Shown: piece by piece, positions 19,568 through 29,897 of the stretch
Layout of the letters: each line of letters begins with the position of its first letter
Numbering within the stretch: position 1 is the first letter of the stretch
Assembly: GCA_038245785.1 (NCBI GenBank)
Contig: JBBRSB010000001.1
Coordinates: forward strand, 361,175-425,174
Length of the DNA: 64,000 nt
Source of the DNA: Gloeobacterales cyanobacterium
GTDB taxonomy: Bacteria > Cyanobacteriota > Cyanobacteriia > Gloeobacterales > PMM-0068
Direction: 5' to 3'
Translations under genes and position numbers: made by a program
Notes under the pieces: generated by a model
The model's input: the letters and a program-made list of their open reading frames with translations, nothing else
What the model was told of the DNA's origin: nothing
Databases searched by the model: none

Positions 19568-20461
19568 CCCAATATTCACAGGCCATACATACTTTTCGCT
19601 CTTTCCCCCAGCCCAAGAACGTGCAACAACTTTCCGGCTGCTCCGAGTGAGTTGAGCCAGGCAGCATGGCACCAATGGCAGGGCCGTAGTTTAGAGGGGC
19701 GCAGCCGCATAGAAGAGCAGAGCCTTTTGGGTTCCGTAACCAACACGCTATGGAGCACTCATAAAAGTCATAACAAAAGTAGTCACAAGTCAGTCAATCT
19801 CAGTCTTTAACTCAGTCATCAGTAAGTTTTACTGAATAGGTACGGGTTGGTCAACTGACTGGAGCGATTAAGGAGAATAACTTACCCTATCCGTCACCAC
19901 CATTATCAGACGGTGGGTTTGAAAATGACGGGAACTTTCAAGATGGTTTCCCCCTAGATGGCTATCCATCTCCACCGTTATCGGAGGGTATGGATTTGGG
20001 ATTTGTGGTTGACAATGAACTATACCAAGAGTTGTATGACAGCGACCCATTAGAAGGGTTATCGAGCTTGGAAGAAGATAGCTTTGAGAAGGTGCCAGTT
20101 ATCACGCCAATCCATCAGAGTCATCGGAGGATATGGGAAGTGCTGGTTCTGGTCCCTACACCTGGGAGATAAACGACTCTACATCTGAGAGCGAGGGGGA
20201 AGTATAGAGCGATCGCCAAGCTTGCGGTTCGGTAATGGTTGAACGGTACGGAGGCGATCGTCTGAGTTGAGGGGCGATGCTCTGACAGGGATGCTATGCG
20301 TTCGCGGGTAAGATTCAGAGGGGTAATCTCGTCCGGTTTGCCGATGCGATCGCGCTTTTTCAAGACATGACAGTTGGCTGCATGGAGAATTCCTTGTACA
20401 ATTACTCAGCTTAGTTGTTAGTGTTGGGTTCGCTTAACCCGATAAAGATCATTGAATAAAA

Positions 20462-20737
20462 ATGCGATTTGACTGGAATGACGACAAAAGCAACCTTCTC
20501 AAACAGAATCGAGGCTACTCCCTTGAAGAAGTTGCTGCCATCTTAGCTGGCGAATATGTAGAGCGGGTGAAACGAGATGACCCAGAACAATTTATTGCGA
20601 TCGGCTATCTGGGGAATACTCTGTTATCGGTCATATATGAAGTTCGCTATGATGATGAAGGGGAATACGTCTGGTTAATTACTTACTGGCAAAGTACGAG
20701 AAGAGAGAGAGAAATCTATGAGCAATATCTCTACTGA
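20462..20737 (+). CDS. brnT: BrnT-family toxin
   Basis: MRFDWNDDKS...RG; followed by an overlapping antitoxin-like gene. Confidence 0.8.
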   Translation: MRFDWNDDKSNLLKQNRGYSLEEVAAILAGEYVERVKRDDPEQFIAIGYLGNTLLSVIYEVRYDDEGEYVWLITYWQSTRREREIYEQYLY

Positions 20738-21002
20738 AGAACTCGAACAGAAAATTGAGGCAGGGGAAGAAGTCGTTGATCGCTATTTTGACGCTACGGC
20801 CACAAGAGTCGGCACGCCTCGTCAAATGACTTCGCGCAGACGACAGGATTTAGTGACAACAAACCTGGAAATGCCTCGCCCGATGCTAAACGAACTCGAT
20901 CAATTGGCTGATGAACTCAACATAAGTTCTCAAGCCGTGATTAAAATGATGCTGAGGCGTGCTCTTGATGAACACTATCTTGCCAAGAAATCAGTCTCAT
21001 AG
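20718..21002 (+). CDS. CopG/BrnA-like antitoxin
   Basis: ELEQKIEAGEEV..YFD; C-terminal RHH TNLEMPRPMLNELDQLADELNISSQAVIKMML. Confidence 0.8.
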   Translation: MSNISTEELEQKIEAGEEVVDRYFDATATRVGTPRQMTSRRRQDLVTTNLEMPRPMLNELDQLADELNISSQAVIKMMLRRALDEHYLAKKSVS

Positions 21003-21053
21003 CGTCTAGCGCTGCCAGCACAAGTAAATCTTTTAGATTTCTGTGTCAGACTT

Positions 21054-21644
21054 CTAAATCTCTCTCCGCCCTTCTAGCGCACGGGCCAAAGTAACTTCAT
21101 CGGCATATTCTAAATCTGCACCCATCGGTAAACCAAAGGCAATGCGGGTGACGCGGGTGAAGGGCTTGAGCAGTTTACCAACGTAGAGCGTGGTGGTTTC
21201 CCCTTCGACGCTGGGATTAATCGCCAGAATTACTTCCTGAATTTCATCGCTGCTAACCCGTTGAATCAGTTCTTTGATATGCAGCTGTTCGGGACCAATG
21301 CCATCCATCGGAGAAATCAGTCCCCCAAGGATGTGGTAGTAGCCTCGATATTCACGAGTTTTTTCTAGAGCCACTAAATCTCTAGGTTCAGCGATTACGC
21401 AGAGGGAGGCTAGATCTCGATTCGTATTGCTACAGAGCTCACAGATTGGGTCTACCGACAGGTTGAAACAGCGGGTGCAGGTTCCGACCTGTTCGGTGCA
21501 GTCAATCAAAGCTTGAGCAAGTTGTTGAACTTCTTGCTTGGGTCGTTTTAGGGCATGGAAAGCCAGCCGTTGAGCAGTTTTAGGGCCAATGCCAGGAAGG
21601 CGCTGAAACTGCTCAATCAAGCGAGCAAGAGGGCGAGTATACAT
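21054..21644 (-). CDS. recR: Recombination protein RecR
   Basis: [14 protein letters not shown]4 zinc finger, Toprim domain, LEYADEVTL. Confidence 0.97.
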   Translation of the reverse strand: MYTRPLARLIEQFQRLPGIGPKTAQRLAFHALKRPKQEVQQLAQALIDCTEQVGTCTRCFNLSVDPICELCSNTNRDLASLCVIAEPRDLVALEKTREYRGYYHILGGLISPMDGIGPEQLHIKELIQRVSSDEIQEVILAINPSVEGETTTLYVGKLLKPFTRVTRIAFGLPMGADLEYADEVTLARALEGRREI

Positions 21645-21680
21645 GAGGTTGGCCCAAAATGGGCGGTTTTAGAACAAGCC

Positions 21681-22001
21681 TTAGAACAAACCAGGAATGC
21701 TCAGACCGCCCGTGAGTTCTGACATTTTGGTTTTCATCAGGTCAGCCGATTTATTGTAGGCATCCTTGAATGCAGAAAGAACGAGGTCTTCTACAAATTC
21801 TGGGGACTCTTTGAGGGCATCGGGTTTGATGACAAGGCTCAGAGGCTCTTGGTTGCCACTCATAGTCACGGTAACCAAACCACCGCCACTGCTGCCTTCC
21901 ACCACGGCTTCAGCCAATTCATCTTGGACCCTGGCTGCATTCGCTTGAACTTGCTTTGCCTTTTTGAGGGCCTCTGAAAGCTGGCCAAATCCTTTAGTCA
22001 T
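21681..22001 (-). CDS. ybaB: YbaB/EbfC nucleoid-associated protein
   Basis: EGSSGGGLVTVTMSG; directly upstream of recR. Confidence 0.93.
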   Translation of the reverse strand: MTKGFGQLSEALKKAKQVQANAARVQDELAEAVVEGSSGGGLVTVTMSGNQEPLSLVIKPDALKESPEFVEDLVLSAFKDAYNKSADLMKTKMSELTGGLSIPGLF

Positions 22002-22133
22002 GAGAAATTATCCTTTGCAACAGGGGTACATCACTCCATTTTACCCACTGGGCCGTCCATTTCTTAGCGGGGCTTGCGAACCGCAATCCCCAGCATCCGG
22101 TAAGATTTATATCTGACCCCTGGAGATTGTGTT

Positions 22134-23126
22134 ATGGCCCGCATGTACTACGACGAGGATGCCAACCTCGACTATTTAAAAGGTAAGACCATTGCAGTGA
22201 TTGGCTATGGCTCCCAAGGGCATGCCCACGCCCTCAATGCCAAGGACTCTGGTGCGAACGTAGTGATCGGGCTTTACGAAGGTTCACGCTCCACCGCTAA
22301 AGCAGAGAAAGAAGGATTGGCCGTCAAATCTGTAGGCGATGCTGTTGCCGCCGCCGATTTAATCATGATTTTGTTGCCTGATGAATCTCAGAAAGAAATT
22401 TTTGAAGCGGAAATTCGCCCGAACTTAGCGGCGGGTAAAGTTTTGGCTTTTGCCCACGGCTTTAACATCCACTTCTCCCAAGTCGTCCCTCCCAGTGATG
22501 TGGATGTAATCATGGTTGCTCCAAAAGGGCCTGGTCACTTGGTCCGTCGCCAATACGAAGAAGGTAGAGGCGTGCCTTGTCTGTTCGCCATTTATCAAGA
22601 TGCGACGGGCAATGCCCGTGACATTGCGATGGCCTATGCCAAAGCAATTGGCGGTACACGGGCCGGGATCTTGGAAACCAGCTTCCGCGAAGAAACTGAA
22701 ACAGACCTCTTTGGAGAGCAGGTAGTTCTGTGTGGTGGTTTGACGGCTCTGATTAAGTCTGGTTTTGACACTCTGGTCGAAGCAGGCTATCAGCCAGAAC
22801 TGGCTTATTTTGAGTGTCTTCATGAAGTCAAGCTAATCGTCGATTTGATTGTCGAAGGCGGCTTGGCAAAAATGCGGGATTCAATCTCTAACACGGCTGA
22901 ATATGGTGATTTGACCCGTGGGCCTCGCCTGGTGGATGACAACACCCGCAAAGAGATGCGCAAGATTCTGAACGAAATCCAAACCGGACAATTCGCTAAG
23001 GAATTCGTCTTGGAAAATCAATCGGGTAAAGCTGCTTTCAATGCCATGCGTCGTCGGGAAGCAGAACATCCGATTGAAGCGGTGGGTACGGAATTGCGCT
23101 CAATGATGAGCTGGCTGAAAAAGTAA
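22134..23126 (+). CDS. ilvC: Ketol-acid reductoisomerase
   Basis: [36 protein letters not shown]. Confidence 0.98.
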   Translation: MARMYYDEDANLDYLKGKTIAVIGYGSQGHAHALNAKDSGANVVIGLYEGSRSTAKAEKEGLAVKSVGDAVAAADLIMILLPDESQKEIFEAEIRPNLAAGKVLAFAHGFNIHFSQVVPPSDVDVIMVAPKGPGHLVRRQYEEGRGVPCLFAIYQDATGNARDIAMAYAKAIGGTRAGILETSFREETETDLFGEQVVLCGGLTALIKSGFDTLVEAGYQPELAYFECLHEVKLIVDLIVEGGLAKMRDSISNTAEYGDLTRGPRLVDDNTRKEMRKILNEIQTGQFAKEFVLENQSGKAAFNAMRRREAEHPIEAVGTELRSMMSWLKK

Positions 23127-23143
23127 GCTAAGCCTGTTTTTTT

Positions 23144-23178
23144 AAACCCTGGATTCAGCTGCGAATCCAGGGTTTTTT
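23144..23178 (+). terminator. Rho-independent terminator after ilvC
   Basis: AAACCCTGGATTC-agctgc-GAATCCAGGGTTT followed by a T-run. Confidence 0.85.
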
Positions 23179-23249
23179 GTGGCTGGTTGGTGAGAATTTT
23201 TTGCTGGTCCGGGGAAGACTATCACTATGACGAGGGGAAGAGAAAAAGA

Positions 23250-24284
23250 GTGATTCTCAAAGAGCTAGATCCATTTATCTCAGAAGATAGGTTTGAAAGG
23301 GCTGGCCGAGTGGCTGAAGAACAACTAGCCTTTTATCTCCGTCGAGCTTTTGTAGACGACAAAGACATTCTCGTATTCAATAATCTCCGCTTTGAAAAAG
23401 ATGATGATGCAGCACAGATAGATCATTTAGTTCTCCATAAATATGGAATGATCATTGTTGAGAGTAAGAGTGTAACGACCAAGGTTGAAGTTAATGAATG
23501 GGAAGAGTGGAGCCGTTGGTTTGACAATTCTTCTAAAGGAATACCCTCTCCTATCCAGCAAGCTAAAAGACAGGGTGAATTCCTAAGAAGCTATTTAAAT
23601 CAGTTTGCCCCTGTCCTTTTAGGTAAGTCCTTTCTAGGACAAAGTCGCTTTGGGAGAATGCCTATTGATCACATCGTAGCTATATCTGATTCTGGAATTA
23701 TTGAGCGTCCCAAAATAGCTTCTTTAGAAGAAATATGTAAAGCAGATCAAGTGCCAGACCGAGTGAGACTAATTTTTGAGAGATGGTCTAAAGCCAGTAG
23801 ACTTTTTACTTTTGATTTGAAAAAAGGAGGCTATGAACTGTACAAAGATGAAATTACTAATATAAGCAAATTTCTGATTGAAAAAAATGAGCCATTACTT
23901 CTGCAAACATTATCTAAAGAAGCTCCTGTAGCTAAAGCAGCTCCGAGGTCATTAACACTAGAGAGAGAAATACTGGAATCCTCAAAGGATGAACTTAGAT
24001 CTTCCTATAGCAAGCCTTCAATTATAAAAAAGCAGCATTCACAAGTGGCTCATGTCGAGGAAGTGAAAGTTTGTGGATATTGCAAGAGCAGTGAGCTAGC
24101 TATAGAGTATGGTTATAACTACTATTTTAAGTGCCTTAAATGTGAAAAAAATACCACGATAAAACCCATTTGTACAGTATGTAATAAGAATGGGAAGATT
24201 CGTAAAAAGGGAAGAGAATTTTATCTGGACTGTGCTCAATGTAAAACTTCTAAATTGTTTTATACAAATCCGGTAGTCCAATAG
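23250..24284 (+). CDS. NERD nuclease-domain protein with C-terminal Cys-rich zinc ribbons
   Basis: AGRVAEE, AQIDHLVL...IIVESKS, SPIQQAKRQ; four CxxC pairs at the C-terminus. Start set at GTG 23250. Confidence 0.85.
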   Translation: MILKELDPFISEDRFERAGRVAEEQLAFYLRRAFVDDKDILVFNNLRFEKDDDAAQIDHLVLHKYGMIIVESKSVTTKVEVNEWEEWSRWFDNSSKGIPSPIQQAKRQGEFLRSYLNQFAPVLLGKSFLGQSRFGRMPIDHIVAISDSGIIERPKIASLEEICKADQVPDRVRLIFERWSKASRLFTFDLKKGGYELYKDEITNISKFLIEKNEPLLLQTLSKEAPVAKAAPRSLTLEREILESSKDELRSSYSKPSIIKKQHSQVAHVEEVKVCGYCKSSELAIEYGYNYYFKCLKCEKNTTIKPICTVCNKNGKIRKKGREFYLDCAQCKTSKLFYTNPVVQ

Positions 24285-24420
24285 TTTGCCCCCCTAGCCA
24301 CCCTTAGCGCAGCTTCCCGTTGGCGTTCGTGTAGCGCTCTGTAAGAGACAGCCTGCCGAAGGTGCAGGTTACTATAGATTTCAATTCAGAACCACCCAAG
24401 ATTGGGCAGGACTGATTAAT

Positions 24421-24462
24421 ACCCCTCAGGCCCTACGGGCCAGCTCCCCTTAAGGGGAGCCT
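24421..24462 (+). repeat. Double-hairpin dispersed repeat, copy 1
   Basis: ACCCCTCAGGCCCTACGGGCCAGCTCCCCTTAAGGGGAGCCT. Confidence 0.85.
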
Positions 24463-24514
24463 CCTCTGGAGGCAGAAAGATAGCGTTGCATTGTAGCCTT
24501 TCGACAAGAGTGAA

Positions 24515-25126
24515 TCAGCCCTGAATACTGGGGAGCAGGGGGGCCTCAGGAAAAACGTTCATTAAATTTAGCGATAAGTCTGGAAAGTAAGGCAAGATAA
24601 TAGCCTCATCAGATAAAAATATTCGTTTCGTACGATAGCTAAAATTCTTTTGGGGATTGCGATAGGGGCCGCTATAAACTTCCAGATGCTTTTCTTGTAA
24701 GTTGATAATCCAATAGTCAGAGATGGCAGCTTCAGCGTATAGAGCTAACTTAACTTGCTGATCAAAATTCAGCGTAGAATCAGAAATTTCGATCACCCAA
24801 AAAATATCAGAGGGACCGGGGTGAGCACTCAGATAGTCATCAGGATGGTTTCGTACAATCGCATAATCAGGCTCAGGAGAACTGTCTGGAGGTATGACGA
24901 TCGGCTCTTGCCCCCGGAGCGTTGCACGCTCTCCTAAGATTTTGAGTAATTCTCGGTTCAAACGGGTGCTACAGACTGAATGAGCGGTGCCTTTAGCTGC
25001 CATTTCAATAATTTGTCCGTAAATTAGCTCAACACGTTTATTCCCGAGGAAAAACCCCAACGCTCCGAGACGATTGTACTCATCTAGAGAAAAGCGTTTA
25101 ACCGTAGCGAAGGCTGTATTGATCAT
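24515..25126 (-). CDS. Uma2-family (DUF820) endonuclease
   Basis: RVELIYGQIIEM, PEPD, VIEISDSTL, KLALYAEAAISDYWIINL. Confidence 0.9.
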   Translation of the reverse strand: MINTAFATVKRFSLDEYNRLGALGFFLGNKRVELIYGQIIEMAAKGTAHSVCSTRLNRELLKILGERATLRGQEPIVIPPDSSPEPDYAIVRNHPDDYLSAHPGPSDIFWVIEISDSTLNFDQQVKLALYAEAAISDYWIINLQEKHLEVYSGPYRNPQKNFSYRTKRIFLSDEAIILPYFPDLSLNLMNVFPEAPLLPSIQG

Positions 25127-25133
25127 CTCGTCA

Positions 25134-27188
25134 CTAACGCCCTAATAACCGCTCTCTAAGCTTTTTAATCTGGTCTCGATGCTCTGCCGCCTTCTCAAAA
25201 TCTAGCTTCTTAGCCGCTTCCTTCATCTGAGTTTCCAGTTGGCTAACTAAGAGAGGAACGTCTTCCAAAGGAATTTCTGAGACTTTTTCAACAGCAGTTT
25301 CTAGCTCTTTATCATTGAGTTTGCGAGAGGCTGCCAGAAAATTGAGAATGCTGTTGCCCCCCGTCTTTTTGACAATCGACTTGGGCGTAATGTGGTGCTT
25401 TTCGTTGTAGGCCATTTGAATATTTCTACGTCGCTCTGTTTCTCGGATCGCTCGGTCCATAGAATTGGTGACGCGGTTAGCGTACATAATCACTTGTCCC
25501 CGCACGTTACGGGCAGCCCTGCCAATAGTCTGAATCAGAGAACGTTCGGCGCGTAAGAAGCCTTCTTTGTCCGCATCCAGAATAGCGACCAAAGAAACCT
25601 CAGGCAAGTCTAGTCCTTCTCGAAGTAAGTTAACGCCAATCAAGACATCAAATTCCCCTTCTCGCAGGGCTTGCAGGATTTCAATCCGTTCGATTGCTTG
25701 AATCTCAGAGTGAAGATAACGGACTAAGACCCCGCGTTCTTGGAAATACTCTGTCAGGTCCTCGGCCATCCGTTTGGTCAGCGTCGTTACTAAGACCCGC
25801 TCGTGGAGATTCACCCGCTGGCGAATTTCATCCAAAAGGTCATCCACCTGTCCTTCGGTAGGCCGAATGAAAATCTCTGGGTCTAAAACACCCGTAGGCC
25901 GAATCACCTGTTGAGCAACATAGCCGCCTGAAACACGATTCTCAGCATCATATTTCGCTTCAGAACGTTCTAGCTCCCATAGGCCAGGAGTGGCAGAGAC
26001 AAAAATAGTCTGGGGAACCATGTTCCAGAATTCCTCTGATTTCAACGGACGGTTATCCGCTGCTGAAGGAAGCCTGAATCCGTAGTCGATTAAAACTTTC
26101 TTTCGGGCCTGGTCCCCGTTAAACATGCCCCGAATTTGCGGCACGGTGACATGGGATTCATCCACCACCAGAAGCCAATCATCTGGAAAGTAGTCCACCA
26201 AGCAAGAAGGAGCCTCCCCTGGAGCCCGCCCCGTCAGGTGACGACTATAGTTTTCAATGCCATTGCAGTAACCCACTTCGCGCAGCATCTCCAAGTCGTA
26301 TTTCGTGCGCTGAGCAATACGCTGGGCTTCCAGAAGCTTATTCTGACTCTCCAGCTCTGCAACCCGTTCTTCTAACTCTTGGGCAATGGCGGCACAGGCC
26401 CGTTCCAGTTGTTCTTTGGGCGTGACGAAGTGTTTCGCTGGATAGATATTCAGTCCCGTGACACTACTCAAAATCTCGCCACTGACAGGATCTAGCCAAC
26501 GGATAGCTTCTATTTCATCTCCGAAAAACTCTATCCGGACAATCCGGTCTTCATAGGCGGGGCCAATTTCTACTACATCCCCACGCACCCGGAAATGGCC
26601 TCGGCCCATCTCCACATCATTGCGGTCATATTGGACCGTGACGAGTCGGCGCAGCAGTTCACGCTGGTCTAGCTGGGCTCCTACTTTGAGGGAAACGGCC
26701 TGCTTCAGATATTCTTCCGGCATGCCCAGACCGTAGATGCAAGAAACAGAGGCCACCACAATCACATCTTTGCGCTCAAAGAGGTTGCGGGTTGCTGAGT
26801 GGCGCAGCATATCAATTTCGTCATTGATTGCGGCAGACTTTTCGATAAAAGTATCAGTCCGAGGAATATAGGCTTCTGGCTGATAGTAATCGTAGTAACT
26901 GACAAAATATTCCACTGCATTCTCAGGAAAAAATTCCCTCAGTTCATTGCACAGCTGGGCCGCCAGGGTTTTGTTATGGGCTAGGACCAGGGTTGGTTTT
27001 CCTACCCGTTCAATGACATGGGCAATGCTAAAAGTTTTTCCTGTCCCTGTTGCGCCTAAAAGGGTCTGGGAAGGAATGCCACTGTTACAATTTTGACTCA
27101 AAAATTCGATAGCCTGTGGCTGGTCTCCCAAGGGGGCGTAGGATGAGGTTAAAGCATAGGGCGATGGTGCGATGAGTCGTTCTATCAC
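25134..27188 (-). CDS. uvrB: Excinuclease ABC subunit B
   Basis: [39 protein letters not shown]-terminal UVR domain. Confidence 0.98.
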   Translation of the reverse strand: MIERLIAPSPYALTSSYAPLGDQPQAIEFLSQNCNSGIPSQTLLGATGTGKTFSIAHVIERVGKPTLVLAHNKTLAAQLCNELREFFPENAVEYFVSYYDYYQPEAYIPRTDTFIEKSAAINDEIDMLRHSATRNLFERKDVIVVASVSCIYGLGMPEEYLKQAVSLKVGAQLDQRELLRRLVTVQYDRNDVEMGRGHFRVRGDVVEIGPAYEDRIVRIEFFGDEIEAIRWLDPVSGEILSSVTGLNIYPAKHFVTPKEQLERACAAIAQELEERVAELESQNKLLEAQRIAQRTKYDLEMLREVGYCNGIENYSRHLTGRAPGEAPSCLVDYFPDDWLLVVDESHVTVPQIRGMFNGDQARKKVLIDYGFRLPSAADNRPLKSEEFWNMVPQTIFVSATPGLWELERSEAKYDAENRVSGGYVAQQVIRPTGVLDPEIFIRPTEGQVDDLLDEIRQRVNLHERVLVTTLTKRMAEDLTEYFQERGVLVRYLHSEIQAIERIEILQALREGEFDVLIGVNLLREGLDLPEVSLVAILDADKEGFLRAERSLIQTIGRAARNVRGQVIMYANRVTNSMDRAIRETERRRNIQMAYNEKHHITPKSIVKKTGGNSILNFLAASRKLNDKELETAVEKVSEIPLEDVPLLVSQLETQMKEAAKKLDFEKAAEHRDQIKKLRERLLGR

Positions 27189-27371
27189 AGGGATAACCTC
27201 GGTCTCAAGGGGGATAGTGGCTATTCTTATATGTTAGTTTGTCCTCAAGTATAGCTATATTTACTCTATGCAGGCTAGCGTCGGAAGGATGAATAGCGCT
27301 CTTCTTCCGTGGTCGGATATAATCCAACCTCAGAGCTAGAATCTATCTGGGCAGGATATTAAAGGTTTGCG

Positions 27372-28076
27372 ATGGATATATTGGTCATTGAAGACGACGA
27401 AACCGTAGGCAAGCTTCTTGAAATTGTACTTAAACAAGAAGGATTTACAGCCCGTTTTGCCAAGAATGGCCTTACAGGGCTCAAAGCTTTTGAAGAAGTC
27501 AGTCCTGATGTGGTCCTGCTTGATTGGATGTTGCCAGGTCTAGATGGTCTGGAAGTCTGCCAGCGGATGCGCGCTTTGCCTGGAGGCAATAAGCCCTACA
27601 TTATGATGCTCACCTCCCGTGACGATGAAACGGATAAGGTGATTGGTCTTTCCACGGGCGCTGATGACTATCTGATTAAGCCTTTTAGTCCGAAGGAACT
27701 GATCGCGCGCATCCGAGCGCTTGTGCGCCGCTCTCAGCGAGAAGAAGCAAAGACCGCTTCTCATGTTCTTAGGTCTGGTCATTTCAAGGTCGACCTTGAT
27801 GGTCGTATTGCCCAGAAAGGGGAAGAGTCTCTTGTGCTCACGGCCTTAGAATTGGACCTGCTCGCTACTTTTGTAACTCAGCCCAACCGCGTATGGACCC
27901 GAGACCAACTGATCAATCGGCTGTGGGGAGATGATTTCTTCGGGGATGAGCGGGTTGTAGACACTCATGTGGCCCGTCTGCGCAAAAAAATTGAAGAGGA
28001 CCCGGCTCATCCTGAGTTCTTGAGAACGGTCATTGGCGTTGGCTACAAATTTGTAGATAGCGCTACGGGTGATTAG
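27372..28076 (+). CDS. OmpR-family response regulator
   Basis: Receiver (EDD, LLDWMLPG, GADDYLIKPF) plus winged HTH (VVDTHVARLRKK, TVIGVGYK). Confidence 0.95.
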   Translation: MDILVIEDDETVGKLLEIVLKQEGFTARFAKNGLTGLKAFEEVSPDVVLLDWMLPGLDGLEVCQRMRALPGGNKPYIMMLTSRDDETDKVIGLSTGADDYLIKPFSPKELIARIRALVRRSQREEAKTASHVLRSGHFKVDLDGRIAQKGEESLVLTALELDLLATFVTQPNRVWTRDQLINRLWGDDFFGDERVVDTHVARLRKKIEEDPAHPEFLRTVIGVGYKFVDSATGD

Positions 28077-28080
28077 TCCA

Positions 28081-28123
28081 ACCCCTCAGTCCCTACGGGA
28101 CAGCTCCCCTCGAAGGGGAGCCT
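28081..28123 (+). repeat. Double-hairpin dispersed repeat, copy 2
   Basis: ACCCCTCAGTCCCTACGGGACAGCTCCCCTCGAAGGGGAGCCT. Confidence 0.85.
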
Positions 28124-28280
28124 CTTCTGAGACAAGAAAGCTGTGGGGGTAGGGTTAGAACTGTAGGGAATGCAATAACCCTACCCGAACAAGCTCATCT
28201 CTAGAGTCTACAAGAAGCAGTGAGCTATCGCTTTGGCACCGTCTACAGCCAAATCCAAGCCATCCTTCTCCTTCCAGAAT

Positions 28281-28323
28281 AGGCTCCCCTTAAAGGGGAG
28301 CTGTCCCGTAGGGACTGAGGGGT
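28281..28323 (-). repeat. Double-hairpin dispersed repeat, copy 3 (inverted relative to copy 2)
   Basis: Reverse complement ACCCCTCAGTCCCTACGGGACAGCTCCCCTTTAAGGGGAGCCT. Confidence 0.85.
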
Positions 28324-28447
28324 ATCTTCCTCAGGGGGGATGCGCAAAACCAATTCTTCTATGTGAAATCTTTGCGTCACACCAGAGACACAGACTCGTC
28401 AAACCATACCACTAAGATTTCATCAAGAGTTAATTGAGACACATGCT

Positions 28448-29293
28448 ATGGCCAATCATCACGATGCTCTGGGGACGTATTTAAGCGGTATTGGTAGATT
28501 GCCTTTGCTAAGTCATGAAGATGAGGTACTTTTCGCCCGCCAAGCCAAGCAAGGGGGAGCCCTTGGTCGTAGAGCACGCGATATTCTGGTGACAAGTAAC
28601 CTAAGATTAGTACTTCATATTGCTAAGAAATATCAGTACCGAGGCTTGGATTTAGCCGAATTGGTCCAGGAAGGTAATCTGGGCTTGATGCGGGCCGTAG
28701 ATAAATTTGACCCGGAGAAAGGATATCGCTTTAGCACCTATGCCTACTGGTGGGTCCGTCAAAGCATTACCCGTGGCATTGCCGAAAAGTCTCGCACGAT
28801 TAGACTCCCTGTCCACATGGTAGAAAAGGCCAACCATTTTCGTTCTGCTGTCCAAAATTTTGTGAATAGCCATCACCGCAATCCAACCCATAAAGAGTTG
28901 ATCCATAACTTGGGGTTTGATGAGGAAACTGTAGATTTGTTGCTCAGAGGTTTGCGCACTCCCTGGAGCCTGGACCAGCCGATGGGAAATTCAGAAGAAT
29001 ATTCTTCTCTGAGCCAGGTGTTACCAGCCGAGGGCATTGACCCACTCGACAGTCTGGAGCACGAAGGGGAAGTGTCAGAACTGATGGAAGGACTCACACC
29101 GACCGAAAGAAAGGCGATCAACCTCCTCTTTGGTTTAGAGTCTAGAGAACCTTTGGAGACAGACCAAGTCGGCAAAATTCTGGGGGTTAGCCGTGAGCGG
29201 GTCCGCCAGCTCAAGTCCCAAGCGCTCAAGAAGATGCGTGGTCGACTGGAAGCAACAGAACAGGCCCAGAAAGAAACAGCGATTTGTGCTTAG
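28448..29293 (+). CDS. RNA polymerase sigma-70 factor, group-2-like (no region 1.1)
   Basis: NLRLVLHIAKKY, QEGNLGLMRAVDKFDPEKGYRFSTYAYWWVRQSI, RTIRLPVHM, VSRERVRQL. Confidence 0.92.
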   Translation: MANHHDALGTYLSGIGRLPLLSHEDEVLFARQAKQGGALGRRARDILVTSNLRLVLHIAKKYQYRGLDLAELVQEGNLGLMRAVDKFDPEKGYRFSTYAYWWVRQSITRGIAEKSRTIRLPVHMVEKANHFRSAVQNFVNSHHRNPTHKELIHNLGFDEETVDLLLRGLRTPWSLDQPMGNSEEYSSLSQVLPAEGIDPLDSLEHEGEVSELMEGLTPTERKAINLLFGLESREPLETDQVGKILGVSRERVRQLKSQALKKMRGRLEATEQAQKETAICA

Positions 29294-29381
29294 ATGCGTT
29301 GTCTCTGGCTCCTGATTTCCCCTCGCTTTTTTCTTCGAGCATGGGTAAATTGGGGGCCATTTCAAGGGACGATAGAGCGCT

Positions 29382-29756
29382 ATGAGCCAAGACTATATCT
29401 ATATCAAACGACTTCCCTGCTGGGGATACACCGGAGTTTTGGCTCCAGAACGGGAGCTAGGCCGTGTTTTTTACCTCGATTTGGCCCTTTCGGTAGATAC
29501 AAAACAGGCAGCTAAGCACGACGACTTAAGTAAAACAGTGGACTATGGGAAACTGGCGGTAGCCGTTCAAAAACAGGTGCGAGAATCCCATTTTTTCCTA
29601 TTAGAAACTCTAGCGGACCATCTAGCCCAGTTCATCCTCCGTGATCCCTTAGTTTTAGAGGTTCGCTTGAGCATTACTAAACCCCAGTTACCTATCCCAG
29701 ACTGCTATGGGGAAGCTTGTATAGAAATTTTGAGGACACGGGAAGACTATAGATAG
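29382..29756 (+). CDS. folB: Dihydroneopterin aldolase
   Basis: GYTGVLAPERELG, DDLSKTVDYG, LLETLA, ITKP. Confidence 0.92.
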   Translation: MSQDYIYIKRLPCWGYTGVLAPERELGRVFYLDLALSVDTKQAAKHDDLSKTVDYGKLAVAVQKQVRESHFFLLETLADHLAQFILRDPLVLEVRLSITKPQLPIPDCYGEACIEILRTREDYR

Positions 29757-29897
29757 GCACACCGTAAACGTGGGCAATGGGGCTTTCTATGATTTTTTGT
29801 TATCAGGAATGCCTGCTATCTTCGTAAAAGTTTATCGTCATCCTCTTTTCAGAACTTAACAAAATTAGGTACAGTAGGTAACAGCATCTAGGGGCGT

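Noticed and set aside
19868..20385. Small ORFs 19868..20050, 19990..20172 and 20121..20363
   Set aside because: No recognisable motifs; probably decayed gene debris that I cannot assign.
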